In this document: positions 11,707 to 20,512 of the stretch, piece after piece
How positions within the stretch are numbered: position 1 is the first letter of the stretch
Layout: every line of letters starts with the position of its first letter
Origin: Candidatus Eiseniibacteriota bacterium
GTDB taxonomy: Bacteria; Eisenbacteria; RBG-16-71-46; CAZAMP01
Direction: 5' to 3'
Assembly (NCBI GenBank): GCA_965224245.1
Contig: OZ245046.1
Location: forward strand, 544,001-608,000
DNA: 64,000 nucleotides
The notes under the pieces: model-generated
The model's input: only the letters and a program-made list of their open reading frames with translations
What the model was told of the DNA's origin: nothing
The model's database searches: none
Translations under genes and position numbers: made by a program

Positions 11707-11804
11707 GAGCGAAGCCGACGCGCACTTTCCTGTGAGCGTCAGATCGTCGATACTTGCGGAGCGGGTGGGTAGTTCGGCTCGCCTGCTCCGTGAGGAGTAC
11801 GACG

Positions 11805-12386
11805 ATGTCCGAGACGCCCAGCCCCGCCGAGTCCTCGATCGAGCTCATCCGGCGCGTGCAGGCGGGCGACGACGACGCGCTGAACCGGCTCTGTGCCCGC
11901 TACCTGCCCATCCTCCAGCGGTGGGCGTCGGGCCGACTCCCGGCGCGTGCTCGCCAGGCCGTGGAGACCGCCGACCTCGTGCAGGACACGCTGGTGCAGA
12001 CGCTGGGCAACCTCGGCCCGTTCGAGCACCGGCGGGAGGGAGCGATCCTGGCGTACCTCAGGACCGCGCTCAGCAACCGCATCCGGAGCCAGATTCGCCG
12101 CGTGGATCGGCGTCCGGAAGAGGTGGACCTGGACGAGCGTCTGAACGCGCACCCGTCGCCCACGCCGATCGATACGCTCATCGGGTCGGAGAACGCGCGC
12201 CGGTACGAGACCGCGCTCGCGTCGCTGCGTCCGGTCGAGCGCGAGGTGATCATCGCGCGGCTCGAGTTCGGGCTGTCGTTCGCCGAACTGGCCGACGCGC
12301 TCGAGAAGCCGAGCGCCGACTCGGCGCGCATGTTCTTTCGCCGGGCCGTGCTGCGTCTGGCCGAGGCGATGCGCGATGACGCGTGA
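11805..12386 (+). CDS. ECF-type RNA polymerase sigma factor
   Basis: GAGGAG RBS upstream; region 2 (GDDDALNRLCARY..ETADLVQD) and region 4 (LASLRPVEREVIIAR..LSFAELA). Confidence 0.88.
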   Translation: MSETPSPAESSIELIRRVQAGDDDALNRLCARYLPILQRWASGRLPARARQAVETADLVQDTLVQTLGNLGPFEHRREGAILAYLRTALSNRIRSQIRRVDRRPEEVDLDERLNAHPSPTPIDTLIGSENARRYETALASLRPVEREVIIARLEFGLSFAELADALEKPSADSARMFFRRAVLRLAEAMRDDA

Positions 12387-15300
12387 TCCGACCGTCGAGC
12401 ACGTGCTGTCCGCGATCGCCGATCGCGACGCGGTGGACTGGGAGCACACGTTCTCGAAGTCCGGTGACGAGCCCACCCGGCGCACGCTCGAGGCGCTCCG
12501 GGTGATCGCGCGCATGCAGCAGCTCCCCGACCCCGGCGGGGTCTCTGATCCCGGCGGGACCTCCGACGCCGCCGGAGACGTGCCCACGCACTGGGGCACG
12601 CTGGAGATTCTCGAGCGCATCGGTGCCGGGAGCTTCGGCACGGTCTACCGCGCGCGGGATCCGGCGCTGGATCTCGAGGTCGCGCTGAAGGTGCTCCACG
12701 CCGCGAGCGAGGCGTCGAACGTCGCGATCCTCGAGGAGGGACGCTGGCTGGCCAAGCTCCGCCACCCGAACGTCGTGCGCGTGTACGGGGTGGACGAGCG
12801 CGACGGTCGGATCGGCCTCCGGATGGAGCTCATCCGCGGACGGTCGCTGGACCGGATCGTGCGCGAGGAAGGACCGATCGGTCCCTACGAGGTCACGCGC
12901 ATCGGCATGGACCTCTGTCACGCGCTCTCGGTGGTGCACGGGGCGGGACTGGTTCACGGCGATCTGAAGGCCCAGAACGTCATGCGTGACGACGACGGTC
13001 GCATCGTGCTGATGGACTTCGGGGCCGGATCACGCGTGGGCGACGAGGATGCATCGACGCCGACCCTGCGCGGCACGCCGATCTACCTGGCCCCCGAGGT
13101 GATCGCCGGGGGGGCGCGAACCACGGCCTCGGACATCTACGCGCTGGGGACCACGCTCTACTTTCTCGTCTCCGGACGCTTTCCGATCGAGGCCTCGACG
13201 CTCGCCGAGGTCGACGCGGCGCACGCGGAAGCCCGCGTGACGTCGCTGGCGGCGGTGAGCCCGGATCTGCCCGATGCGTTCGTGGCCGTCGTGGCGCATG
13301 CCACCGATCCGTCGCCCGACGCACGCCAGGCATCCGCGGCCGAGCTGGCGCGCGCGCTGGCTCGCGTGCTGGTGGTGCCGAGCGAAGGTGCGCGAGGAGA
13401 CTCGGCCACGCCGACGAACCTGCCGCCGAGCATGACGCGATTCATCGGGCGACGGCGGGCCCTCGAGGAGCTCTCGGCCCTGGCGAGCGAGCACCGACTG
13501 GTCACGCTGACGGGGCCGGGGGGATCGGGCAAGACGCGTCTGGCCGTCGAGCTCGGCGCCTCGCTCCTGGACGCGTTCGCCGACGGCGTGTGGATGGTCC
13601 CGCTGGCGCCGGTCCGGGACGCGGCCGGCGTCATCTCGGCGATCGAGCGCGTTCTCGGGGTGCCCGAGCAGTCGGGGGAGGCGTCGGTCGACGCGATCGC
13701 GAAGTCGATCGACGCCATCGCGCGGCACCTCGACGGTCGTCACATGCTGCTGCTCCTGGACAACTGCGAGCGCGTCGCCGGGGTGCTGGCCGATCACGTG
13801 ACCCGGCTGCTCTCACGCGGCACGTCGGCCAGGATCCTCGCCACCAGCCGCGAGCCGATCGGGATCCCCGGCGAGTGGATCTACGGCGTTTCCCCGCTGG
13901 ACGTCCCCGCCTCGATCGAGGCCGGGCGATCGGTCACCGGTGATGCCGCCGCGGTCGATCCCGACGAGCTCGTACGCACCGAGTCGATCCAGCTGTTCGT
14001 GGACCGAGCCCGCGCCGCCGCCGGTCGGTTCGAGCTGACCGACGCCAACCGGGACGCGGTCGCGAACATCTGTCGCCGCCTCGACGGGCTGCCGCTCGCG
14101 CTGGAGCTCGCAGCCGCCCAGGTACGCTCGCTCCCGGTGGACGAGCTGGCCCGGCGCCTGGAGACGCGGCTGGACGTACTCCGGGACCGTGGTGCGCCCG
14201 AGCCGGCGCATCACGAGACCCTGGGGACGTCGATCTCTTGGAGCCTCGATCGATTGACGCCACGCGACCGGGAGGCGCTCGTCGTCCTGTCCACGTTCGT
14301 GGGTGGATGGTCGCTGGAGGCGGCGGAGACCGTCTTGCCGGAGGCCTGCGGGATGCCCGAATCGGAGGTGATCGACGTGCTGTCGAGCGTCACGTCGAAG
14401 TCGCTCGTGCATCTGACGGACTCCGGAGGCGCGGGAGTGCGCTACGAGATGCTCGAGACGGTCCGGGAGTACACGCAGAGCCGGCCCGGCTCCGATGCCA
14501 CGCGAGACGCCGCACGGCCCGCCTTCGTCTCTTACTACCTGGCGCTGGCCACGTCGAGCAATCAGGCGCTCATGAGCGCCGGCGACGTGGAGGCACTGGC
14601 GCGGCTGGAGTCCGAGCGACACAACCTGCTCGCGGCGGTCCGCGCCTCTGTCGAGACGGACGACCTGGAGACCGCGATGCTCATCGCCGGCGCCCTCGGC
14701 CGATACTGGATGGTCAGCGCGCGAACGCGGGAGGGACTCTCGCTCTGCCGGGAGCTCCTCGCGCATCCGGCGTCGTCACGGCGCTCGCCGGCTCGCGCCA
14801 CCGTCGCGTCGTGGTGCGCGGTGTTCGTGAAGAACGCCGACGGGACCGCGTCGCGGCGGTACTGGGAGGAGGCTCTGTCCATTCGCCGTGACGCGGGCGA
14901 CCAGAGGGGCATCGCGTCCGTGTTGAATGGCCTGGCCGTCCTGGAGTACGACGCGGGAAACACCGCACGCGCCCGCGATCTGTACGACGAGAGCCTCGCG
15001 CTGCGACGGGAGCTCGACGAGGAGCGCGGCATCGCGCAGTCGCTGACGAATCTCGCGCTGTGCAGCGTCGCCGAGGGGCGCCTCGACGACGCGGCCGCGG
15101 AGTTCGAGGAAGCCCTGGCGATCCACCGCCGCCGCGAGAACGTCTGGGGCGTTGCCCACGTGACCGGCCAGCTCGGGTTCGTGCGGGCGCGCGCCGGAGC
15201 GCTCGACGAAGGCCGGCGTCTTCTGGAGGAGGCGATCGCGATTCACGAGGACCTGGGTCCCGAGGTCGCACTGAGCGTGCGCCTCGGCTTCGTGTACCTG

Positions 15301-15609
15301 TGGTCGGCGCTCTTCGAGGCGGCACGCGAGCGCTTTCGGATGGCCGTCCGGGTCAACGAGGCCACCGGTGACGACATGCCCCCATCGGAGGCGCTCCGCG
15401 GTCTGGCCCTCGTGGCGCTTCACCACGGCGAGCACGAGCAGGCCGCGCGACTCCTGGGCGCATCGGCCCGGAATCGCTTCGTGTCGCTCGATGCGTTCCA
15501 GCGCGCGGAGACCGAGAAGGCCGAACGGGCCCTGCGCGAAGCGCTCGGAGATGCCATCTACGAACGCGCGTGGACCGAGGGCGCCGACGATCCCGATCCC
15601 GCGGTGTAG
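12376..15609 (+). CDS. Ser/Thr protein kinase fused to an NB-ARC/STAND-like ATPase and TPR repeats
   Basis: GAGSFG, VALK, HGDLKAQN, DFG, APE; Walker A GPGGSGKT, Walker B LLLLDNCE, LDGLPLALELAAA; C-terminal TPRs; overlaps the sigma gene by 11 bp. Confidence 0.9.
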   Translation: MTRDPTVEHVLSAIADRDAVDWEHTFSKSGDEPTRRTLEALRVIARMQQLPDPGGVSDPGGTSDAAGDVPTHWGTLEILERIGAGSFGTVYRARDPALDLEVALKVLHAASEASNVAILEEGRWLAKLRHPNVVRVYGVDERDGRIGLRMELIRGRSLDRIVREEGPIGPYEVTRIGMDLCHALSVVHGAGLVHGDLKAQNVMRDDDGRIVLMDFGAGSRVGDEDASTPTLRGTPIYLAPEVIAGGARTTASDIYALGTTLYFLVSGRFPIEASTLAEVDAAHAEARVTSLAAVSPDLPDAFVAVVAHATDPSPDARQASAAELARALARVLVVPSEGARGDSATPTNLPPSMTRFIGRRRALEELSALASEHRLVTLTGPGGSGKTRLAVELGASLLDAFADGVWMVPLAPVRDAAGVISAIERVLGVPEQSGEASVDAIAKSIDAIARHLDGRHMLLLLDNCERVAGVLADHVTRLLSRGTSARILATSREPIGIPGEWIYGVSPLDVPASIEAGRSVTGDAAAVDPDELVRTESIQLFVDRARAAAGRFELTDANRDAVANICRRLDGLPLALELAAAQVRSLPVDELARRLETRLDVLRDRGAPEPAHHETLGTSISWSLDRLTPRDREALVVLSTFVGGWSLEAAETVLPEACGMPESEVIDVLSSVTSKSLVHLTDSGGAGVRYEMLETVREYTQSRPGSDATRDAARPAFVSYYLALATSSNQALMSAGDVEALARLESERHNLLAAVRASVETDDLETAMLIAGALGRYWMVSARTREGLSLCRELLAHPASSRRSPARATVASWCAVFVKNADGTASRRYWEEALSIRRDAGDQRGIASVLNGLAVLEYDAGNTARARDLYDESLALRRELDEERGIAQSLTNLALCSVAEGRLDDAAAEFEEALAIHRRRENVWGVAHVTGQLGFVRARAGALDEGRRLLEEAIAIHEDLGPEVALSVRLGFVYLWSALFEAARERFRMAVRVNEATGDDMPPSEALRGLALVALHHGEHEQAARLLGASARNRFVSLDAFQRAETEKAERALREALGDAIYERAWTEGADDPDPAV

Positions 15610-15729
15610 GCGACCGATCCCACCGGCACCGAGACGTTCCCTCTCCCCTCGCGCCCCCCAAGCGCCCATCGTGCCCGGTTGTGCTAGTCTGTCGCCGCAG
15701 GCTGATGGGGAAGGTGTGAGGAGGACACG

Positions 15730-16668
15730 ATGTTTCGTCCGTTGTCGTTCACGTTGGCCGCCACGGTCGCCTCGGGGGTTGCGCTCGGGGCGACGACGAT
15801 GGAGCCCCGTATCGGGCTTCCCTTCCAGCTGACCAGCGGACCCGCGCACGACACCAACCCGACCTGGTCGCCCGACGGGGCGTCGATCGCGTACGAGTCC
15901 ACGTCGACCGGATCCACCGCCGACATCTGGATCGTGCCGTCGGGTGGGGGAACGGCGGAGCCGCTCACCACGGGATCGCCCGCCGACACCGAGCCCACGT
16001 GGTCCCCGGACGGGTCCCAGGTGGCGTATGCATCGCAGACCATCTCCGCCTGGGACCTCTACGCGACCCCGGTGCTCGGTGGGTCGCCGACGCGTCTGAC
16101 GTTCTTCGGCGGCGCCGAGACCGACGCCGACTGGTCGTCCGGCGGCATCGCATTCGAGTCGGGCCGGAGCGGGAACGGCGACATCTGGGTGCTGGACATG
16201 GGCCCTCCGAGCGGCTCCGCCACCCAGATCACGTTCTCCCTGGACGAGGACCGCGATCCGACCTGGTCGCCGGACGGGTCGGAGATCGCGTTCGCATCCG
16301 ACCGGGACGTGGACTTGACCTTCGACATCTGGGTGATCCCTGCGACCGGGGGAGGCGCCGAGCAGCTCACCCGGACGATCGGCGACGCACTCGAGCCCGC
16401 GTGGTCACCCGACGGCCTCTGGATCGCGTTCACGCTGCGTCAGACCACGACGACCGACATCTGGATCGTCCCCGCCGCGGGTGGCAATCCGGTGCGCATC
16501 ACCACCGATCCCGCCCAGGACGAGGCGCCGACCTGGTCGCCCGATGGGAGTCAGCTCGCGTTCAGCTCGGATCGGGGTGGGAGCGCCGACATCTGGATCG
16601 TCGGCGTGGACGAGGTCCCGACGGTGCGTACGTCGTGGGCCGGCCTCAAGAGCCGGCATCGCGAATGA
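15730..16668 (+). CDS. Secreted TolB-like PD40-repeat beta-propeller protein
   Basis: GAGGAGG RBS; signal peptide; about six PTWSPDG..IAF..DIW repeats; ends TVRTSWAGLKSRHRE. Confidence 0.88.
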   Translation: MFRPLSFTLAATVASGVALGATTMEPRIGLPFQLTSGPAHDTNPTWSPDGASIAYESTSTGSTADIWIVPSGGGTAEPLTTGSPADTEPTWSPDGSQVAYASQTISAWDLYATPVLGGSPTRLTFFGGAETDADWSSGGIAFESGRSGNGDIWVLDMGPPSGSATQITFSLDEDRDPTWSPDGSEIAFASDRDVDLTFDIWVIPATGGGAEQLTRTIGDALEPAWSPDGLWIAFTLRQTTTTDIWIVPAAGGNPVRITTDPAQDEAPTWSPDGSQLAFSSDRGGSADIWIVGVDEVPTVRTSWAGLKSRHRE

Positions 16669-16692
16669 GTCGCCTCCCCGTCGGCGGTCCTT

Positions 16693-17976
16693 TCACCTGA
16701 TCAGCGCGACCTTCTCGTCGACGTGCCCGGATGCGGTCGACACGCGAACCGTGTACACACCCGCGGACAGACGTCGCCCGCCCGCGTCGCGCCCGTCCCA
16801 CACCTGCGTCGAGGTGCCCTCGCCGACGACGCCACGGTCCAGCGTGGCGACGCGGCGGCCGCGCGCGTCATAGACGGCGAAGTCGACGATCGTGCCGGGC
16901 TCCAGGTCGGCGACGTCCAGCTCGAACCGGATCGGTGCGCCGGCCCGCGCCGGGTTCGGCGATGCGTGGAGCGCGAGGGGGGTGCCCGGGCCGACCATGC
17001 CGTCGGCGACGTCGACCACCAGGGGCTGAGGTGCGTGATACGGCGTCGCCGAGCCGCCGGTCTTGATCAGCCAACCGTCGTGAACGTGGATGTCGATCAC
17101 GGGCTGGGCGAACCACGGAAGATCGGCGGTGTAGTCGTCCCAGGTCACGTAATCGGACGTGAAGAAGATCGAGCCCGCGCCGCCGCCGTTGCTCGACGCA
17201 CCGGCGACGAGCCGGCCGTCGTCGGCGATCTCCATCGCGGTGAGGTTGTAGGTGGTCGGGACGGTCGTGATCTCGGTCCAGGTGGCACCGTAGTCGGACG
17301 AACGCCACAGCGACCCGATACCGGCTCCATGGTAGACGTCGACCAGGAGCTCGCCCTCGCGGTACACGTGCGAGGAGATCTGCGTGGCGCCGGTGGGCGT
17401 GGTGGTGCTGGTCCAGCTCGCACCGAGATCGGTCGAGCGGTGAATGTCCGAGCCCGAGATCGCGCAGAGGGCGCTGCCGGCGGTGAAGATGTCCCACGTG
17501 GCATCGCCACCCGGGAGCGCCACCTCGACCCACGTGAGGCCGGCATCGTCGGATCGACGGAGCACGCCGTCGGCGGTTCCGAAGAGCGTGTCGCCGATCA
17601 CCAGGAGCATCGACAAGGTGGCGTCCTGAAACACGATCGGCTCCCAGGGGCCCCAGACGGCGCCGTCACGCAGGGACCGGAAGTTGAGATCCTCGAACGA
17701 CGCGCGGCCCATCACGAACACGTCGCCGACGCGCGCGAGCGACTGGACGGGGGCGTAGTCGTCCGAGAACACGCTGGCGATCGCCGCCCAGCTGTCGCCG
17801 TGGTCGTCGGAGGCGTAGACCGTGCCGGAGATCGAGCCGGCGTACAGCGCCTCGGATCCCGCGTAGAACATCTGGATGTGGTCGAACGAGCCGGGCTGTG
17901 ACACCTCCGTCCACTGGGCCGACGCAACCGACGTCACGATGGCGGCGGGAATCAACGACGCAAGAACGGCACGCAT
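16693..17976 (-). CDS. Secreted BNR/Asp-box propeller protein with FlgD/T9SS-like tail
   Basis: MRAVLASLIPAAIVTSVASAQ signal with GGAGG RBS; SDDHGDSW, SDDAGLTW, STDLGASW, SSDYGATW; tail YDARGRRV..WDGRDAGG..AGVY. Confidence 0.8.
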   Translation of the reverse strand: MRAVLASLIPAAIVTSVASAQWTEVSQPGSFDHIQMFYAGSEALYAGSISGTVYASDDHGDSWAAIASVFSDDYAPVQSLARVGDVFVMGRASFEDLNFRSLRDGAVWGPWEPIVFQDATLSMLLVIGDTLFGTADGVLRRSDDAGLTWVEVALPGGDATWDIFTAGSALCAISGSDIHRSTDLGASWTSTTTPTGATQISSHVYREGELLVDVYHGAGIGSLWRSSDYGATWTEITTVPTTYNLTAMEIADDGRLVAGASSNGGGAGSIFFTSDYVTWDDYTADLPWFAQPVIDIHVHDGWLIKTGGSATPYHAPQPLVVDVADGMVGPGTPLALHASPNPARAGAPIRFELDVADLEPGTIVDFAVYDARGRRVATLDRGVVGEGTSTQVWDGRDAGGRRLSAGVYTVRVSTASGHVDEKVALIR

Positions 17977-18139
17977 GCAATCCTCCGTTTCGGATGGGGA
18001 CCTCGACGCCCGGTCGACCGCCCGCACCAGTCTAGCGGATTCGCCACACGGGCCGGGCCGTGAACCGATCGGCACGCGTCGCGTGGTGGGCCTCCTCTGC
18101 CTGGACGCGTCGGAGGTCCGGTTTGATACCGGCGCGCCT

Positions 18140-20512
18140 TCAGCGGAGGACGAGCACCGGGCGCGTCACCCGATGGCCGCCGGCGTCGAGCTCCAGGAGG
18201 TACCGGCCCGACGGCACCGGCCGGTCCGCGTCCAGCGACCAGTCCACACGCTGTATACCCGGTCCGGCCGGGCCGGTGTGCAGGCGGAGTCGGCGACCGG
18301 TGACGTCGTAGAGCGCCACGCGGACCGAACGAACGTTCGCCCTCACCCGGTAGCGCACGACGAGTCGAGTGTCGCTCGCGCGCACGTCCACGACGTCGGC
18401 CGTTGGTGGGGCGACCGCCGGACCGTCGGGGTCGTCGCCGATGGGTGTGTAGTCCGGCGGACGCTCCAGACCCGTGCCCGGAAAGATCTCCACGTCGTCG
18501 ATGGCGGCCTCCACGATCGACGGTCCTGCGCGATCGGCGATCACGAAGCGAAAGCGCATCGCGCTCGTGATGTCCGCGTGGTCGTCGAGCCGGTAGTCGA
18601 CCTGGACCCAGCGGTGGTCCGAGCGTGCGCGCTCCTCGACGAGGCGCCACGTGATGCCGCCGTCGGCGGAGATCCACGCCTCGAACCGATCCCCGTCGGG
18701 GATCTCGTCTTCCCAGCGTGCGTCGAGCGAGAGCCATCGGTAGTAGCGGAAGATTGGATCCTCGACGCCGAGCAGGTCGATGACGGGGCTCGTGAGCGTG
18801 GTGCGTCCGCCATCCACGTCCGCGACGTCCAGCCAGTCGCCGGGCGCGCCGTTGCCGGTCACGAACGCGTGAGTGCCCGGCGGCGGCGTCTCGTCCGCGA
18901 GCGGCTGCACGTAGCCCGCCGCCGTGCCCACCGGCATCGCCCGGGTCCAGGTGCCCGCGGTGGCGTCGTCGTCGGGGCCGCCCACGAGCCAGCCGTTCTC
19001 GCTCTCGAACGTGTGGGTGTACACCGAGGCCGACAGGAAGAAGTCGCGCCGGGTCGTCTGCCCGGGCTCGACCGTGATCGGCACCTGGCTCGTGGCCGAT
19101 CCCATCGCGTCGACCTCGACGAGGTAGTCGCCGGCGGGCACCTGGGGCAGGAAGTAGTCTCCGGTGAGCTGGGCGGGGAACGCGATCGGGGTGTCGAGGA
19201 GCCGCACGATCGTGCCCTCCGGGTGTGCGGTGAGGGAGGGAAGCGTGATGGTGCCCCGAACCTCACCCGTCGGTCGCGGAACGAGCCCGCGGTCGAGCGG
19301 TATGGCCTCGCCCGGGCCCGTCTCCACGACGACCTCGTCGTCGAAGAAGCCGAACTTCACGAGCTCGATCTCGCGCGTGCCCGGCGGGACCCGGAGCCGG
19401 AACGCCCCCAGGGCCGACGTAATCGTGGACCGTCCCGAGGCGACGTCGCGCACGCGCACGTCGGGACAGAGTGCGCCCGTCCCGTCGTCGCGAACGAAGC
19501 CCTCCAGGAGCGCCCACCGATCGTCCAGAGCCAGCGTAACCAGGCCCAGCGTCGCGTCGCACGCGAAGAGGACGTCCGGGGTGCGCGCGAACGCGACCGC
19601 GCGAAGCTCCGAGCCGACCGCGCGCGATGCGACGGCTACCGGGTGCTCGAGGTCGGTGGTGTCGTAGACGTCGATCCGCGCGCTCTCCCACGCCACCGCG
19701 ATCCGGTCCCGCTGGCGCGCCACCGCGACCGGCGCACCGGACGCACCGTCGTCGTCTCCGATGCTCGCGACGAGCCGGATGTCCGAGAGGCGGGCGGTGC
19801 TCAGCAGAGACACGCGATCGCCGTCCGCGACCGCGAGCGCCGGCGAGAGCGATAATCGCCTCGCGTCGTCGGCCAGCGCGTGGGGCGTCGCACCCGGGTA
19901 CGTGATCCAGGCCACGAGATCGGGCGTCGACGCGAGATTCACCAGCGCCGACGAGACGCCGGTCGCGACGTGGGCCAGTCCCCCCAGTGGCACGACGTCG
20001 AGCACGTCGAACGCCGAGAACGGGGTCGTCCACGCGGGCTCCGGCAGGGTGGGATCGTCGATGGACAGCGCGTGGAGCCCAGTGGGTGTCCCGAACACCA
20101 GGAGGCGGTCCAGCACCGGATCGCGGACGATCCCGAGAGCGGTCTCGAACCACGTCTCGATCTCGTCCACCACCGACGGAGCGTCGGGCCGGGACCAGTC
20201 GACGATCTGGAGTCCACCGCCGCCGTCGGAGACCGCGTAGACGTGGTCGTCGTGCCACACGGCGTCGCGACGAGTCGCCGGGGGACCCGGAACGAATGCG
20301 ATCTCGACCGGCTCGCCGGGGACGGTGACGTCCACGAGCGCGACGCCGGACTCGGCCGTGATGAGGATGCCACCTGGCGCATCCCGTACCGAGAGGCACG
20401 GCGCCCGCGTGTCCAGCCATCCGAGTACGTCCAGCGAGGTGTCGGCCACGGCGCCCGGCGGCCCCAGACACGCCGCCGCGAGCGAGGTCGCGACGGCGGT
20501 GAGCGCTCTCAT
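18140..20512 (-). CDS. Secreted LVIVD-repeat / carboxypeptidase-regulatory-like domain protein with degenerate FlgD-like tail
   Basis: Signal MRALTAVATSLAAACL; GLQIVDWS-type LVIVD repeats; CarboxypepD-like beta domains; DVDGGRTTLTSP..EAAIDDV domain; ATG overlaps the stop of the upstream gene. Confidence 0.72.
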   Translation of the reverse strand: MRALTAVATSLAAACLGPPGAVADTSLDVLGWLDTRAPCLSVRDAPGGILITAESGVALVDVTVPGEPVEIAFVPGPPATRRDAVWHDDHVYAVSDGGGGLQIVDWSRPDAPSVVDEIETWFETALGIVRDPVLDRLLVFGTPTGLHALSIDDPTLPEPAWTTPFSAFDVLDVVPLGGLAHVATGVSSALVNLASTPDLVAWITYPGATPHALADDARRLSLSPALAVADGDRVSLLSTARLSDIRLVASIGDDDGASGAPVAVARQRDRIAVAWESARIDVYDTTDLEHPVAVASRAVGSELRAVAFARTPDVLFACDATLGLVTLALDDRWALLEGFVRDDGTGALCPDVRVRDVASGRSTITSALGAFRLRVPPGTREIELVKFGFFDDEVVVETGPGEAIPLDRGLVPRPTGEVRGTITLPSLTAHPEGTIVRLLDTPIAFPAQLTGDYFLPQVPAGDYLVEVDAMGSATSQVPITVEPGQTTRRDFFLSASVYTHTFESENGWLVGGPDDDATAGTWTRAMPVGTAAGYVQPLADETPPPGTHAFVTGNGAPGDWLDVADVDGGRTTLTSPVIDLLGVEDPIFRYYRWLSLDARWEDEIPDGDRFEAWISADGGITWRLVEERARSDHRWVQVDYRLDDHADITSAMRFRFVIADRAGPSIVEAAIDDVEIFPGTGLERPPDYTPIGDDPDGPAVAPPTADVVDVRASDTRLVVRYRVRANVRSVRVALYDVTGRRLRLHTGPAGPGIQRVDWSLDADRPVPSGRYLLELDAGGHRVTRPVLVLR

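Noticed and set aside
15830-16600. Regularly spaced DNA repeats (CCGACCTGGTCGCC, GACATCTGG) resembling an array
   Set aside because: They encode PD40 protein repeats in frame; not a CRISPR array
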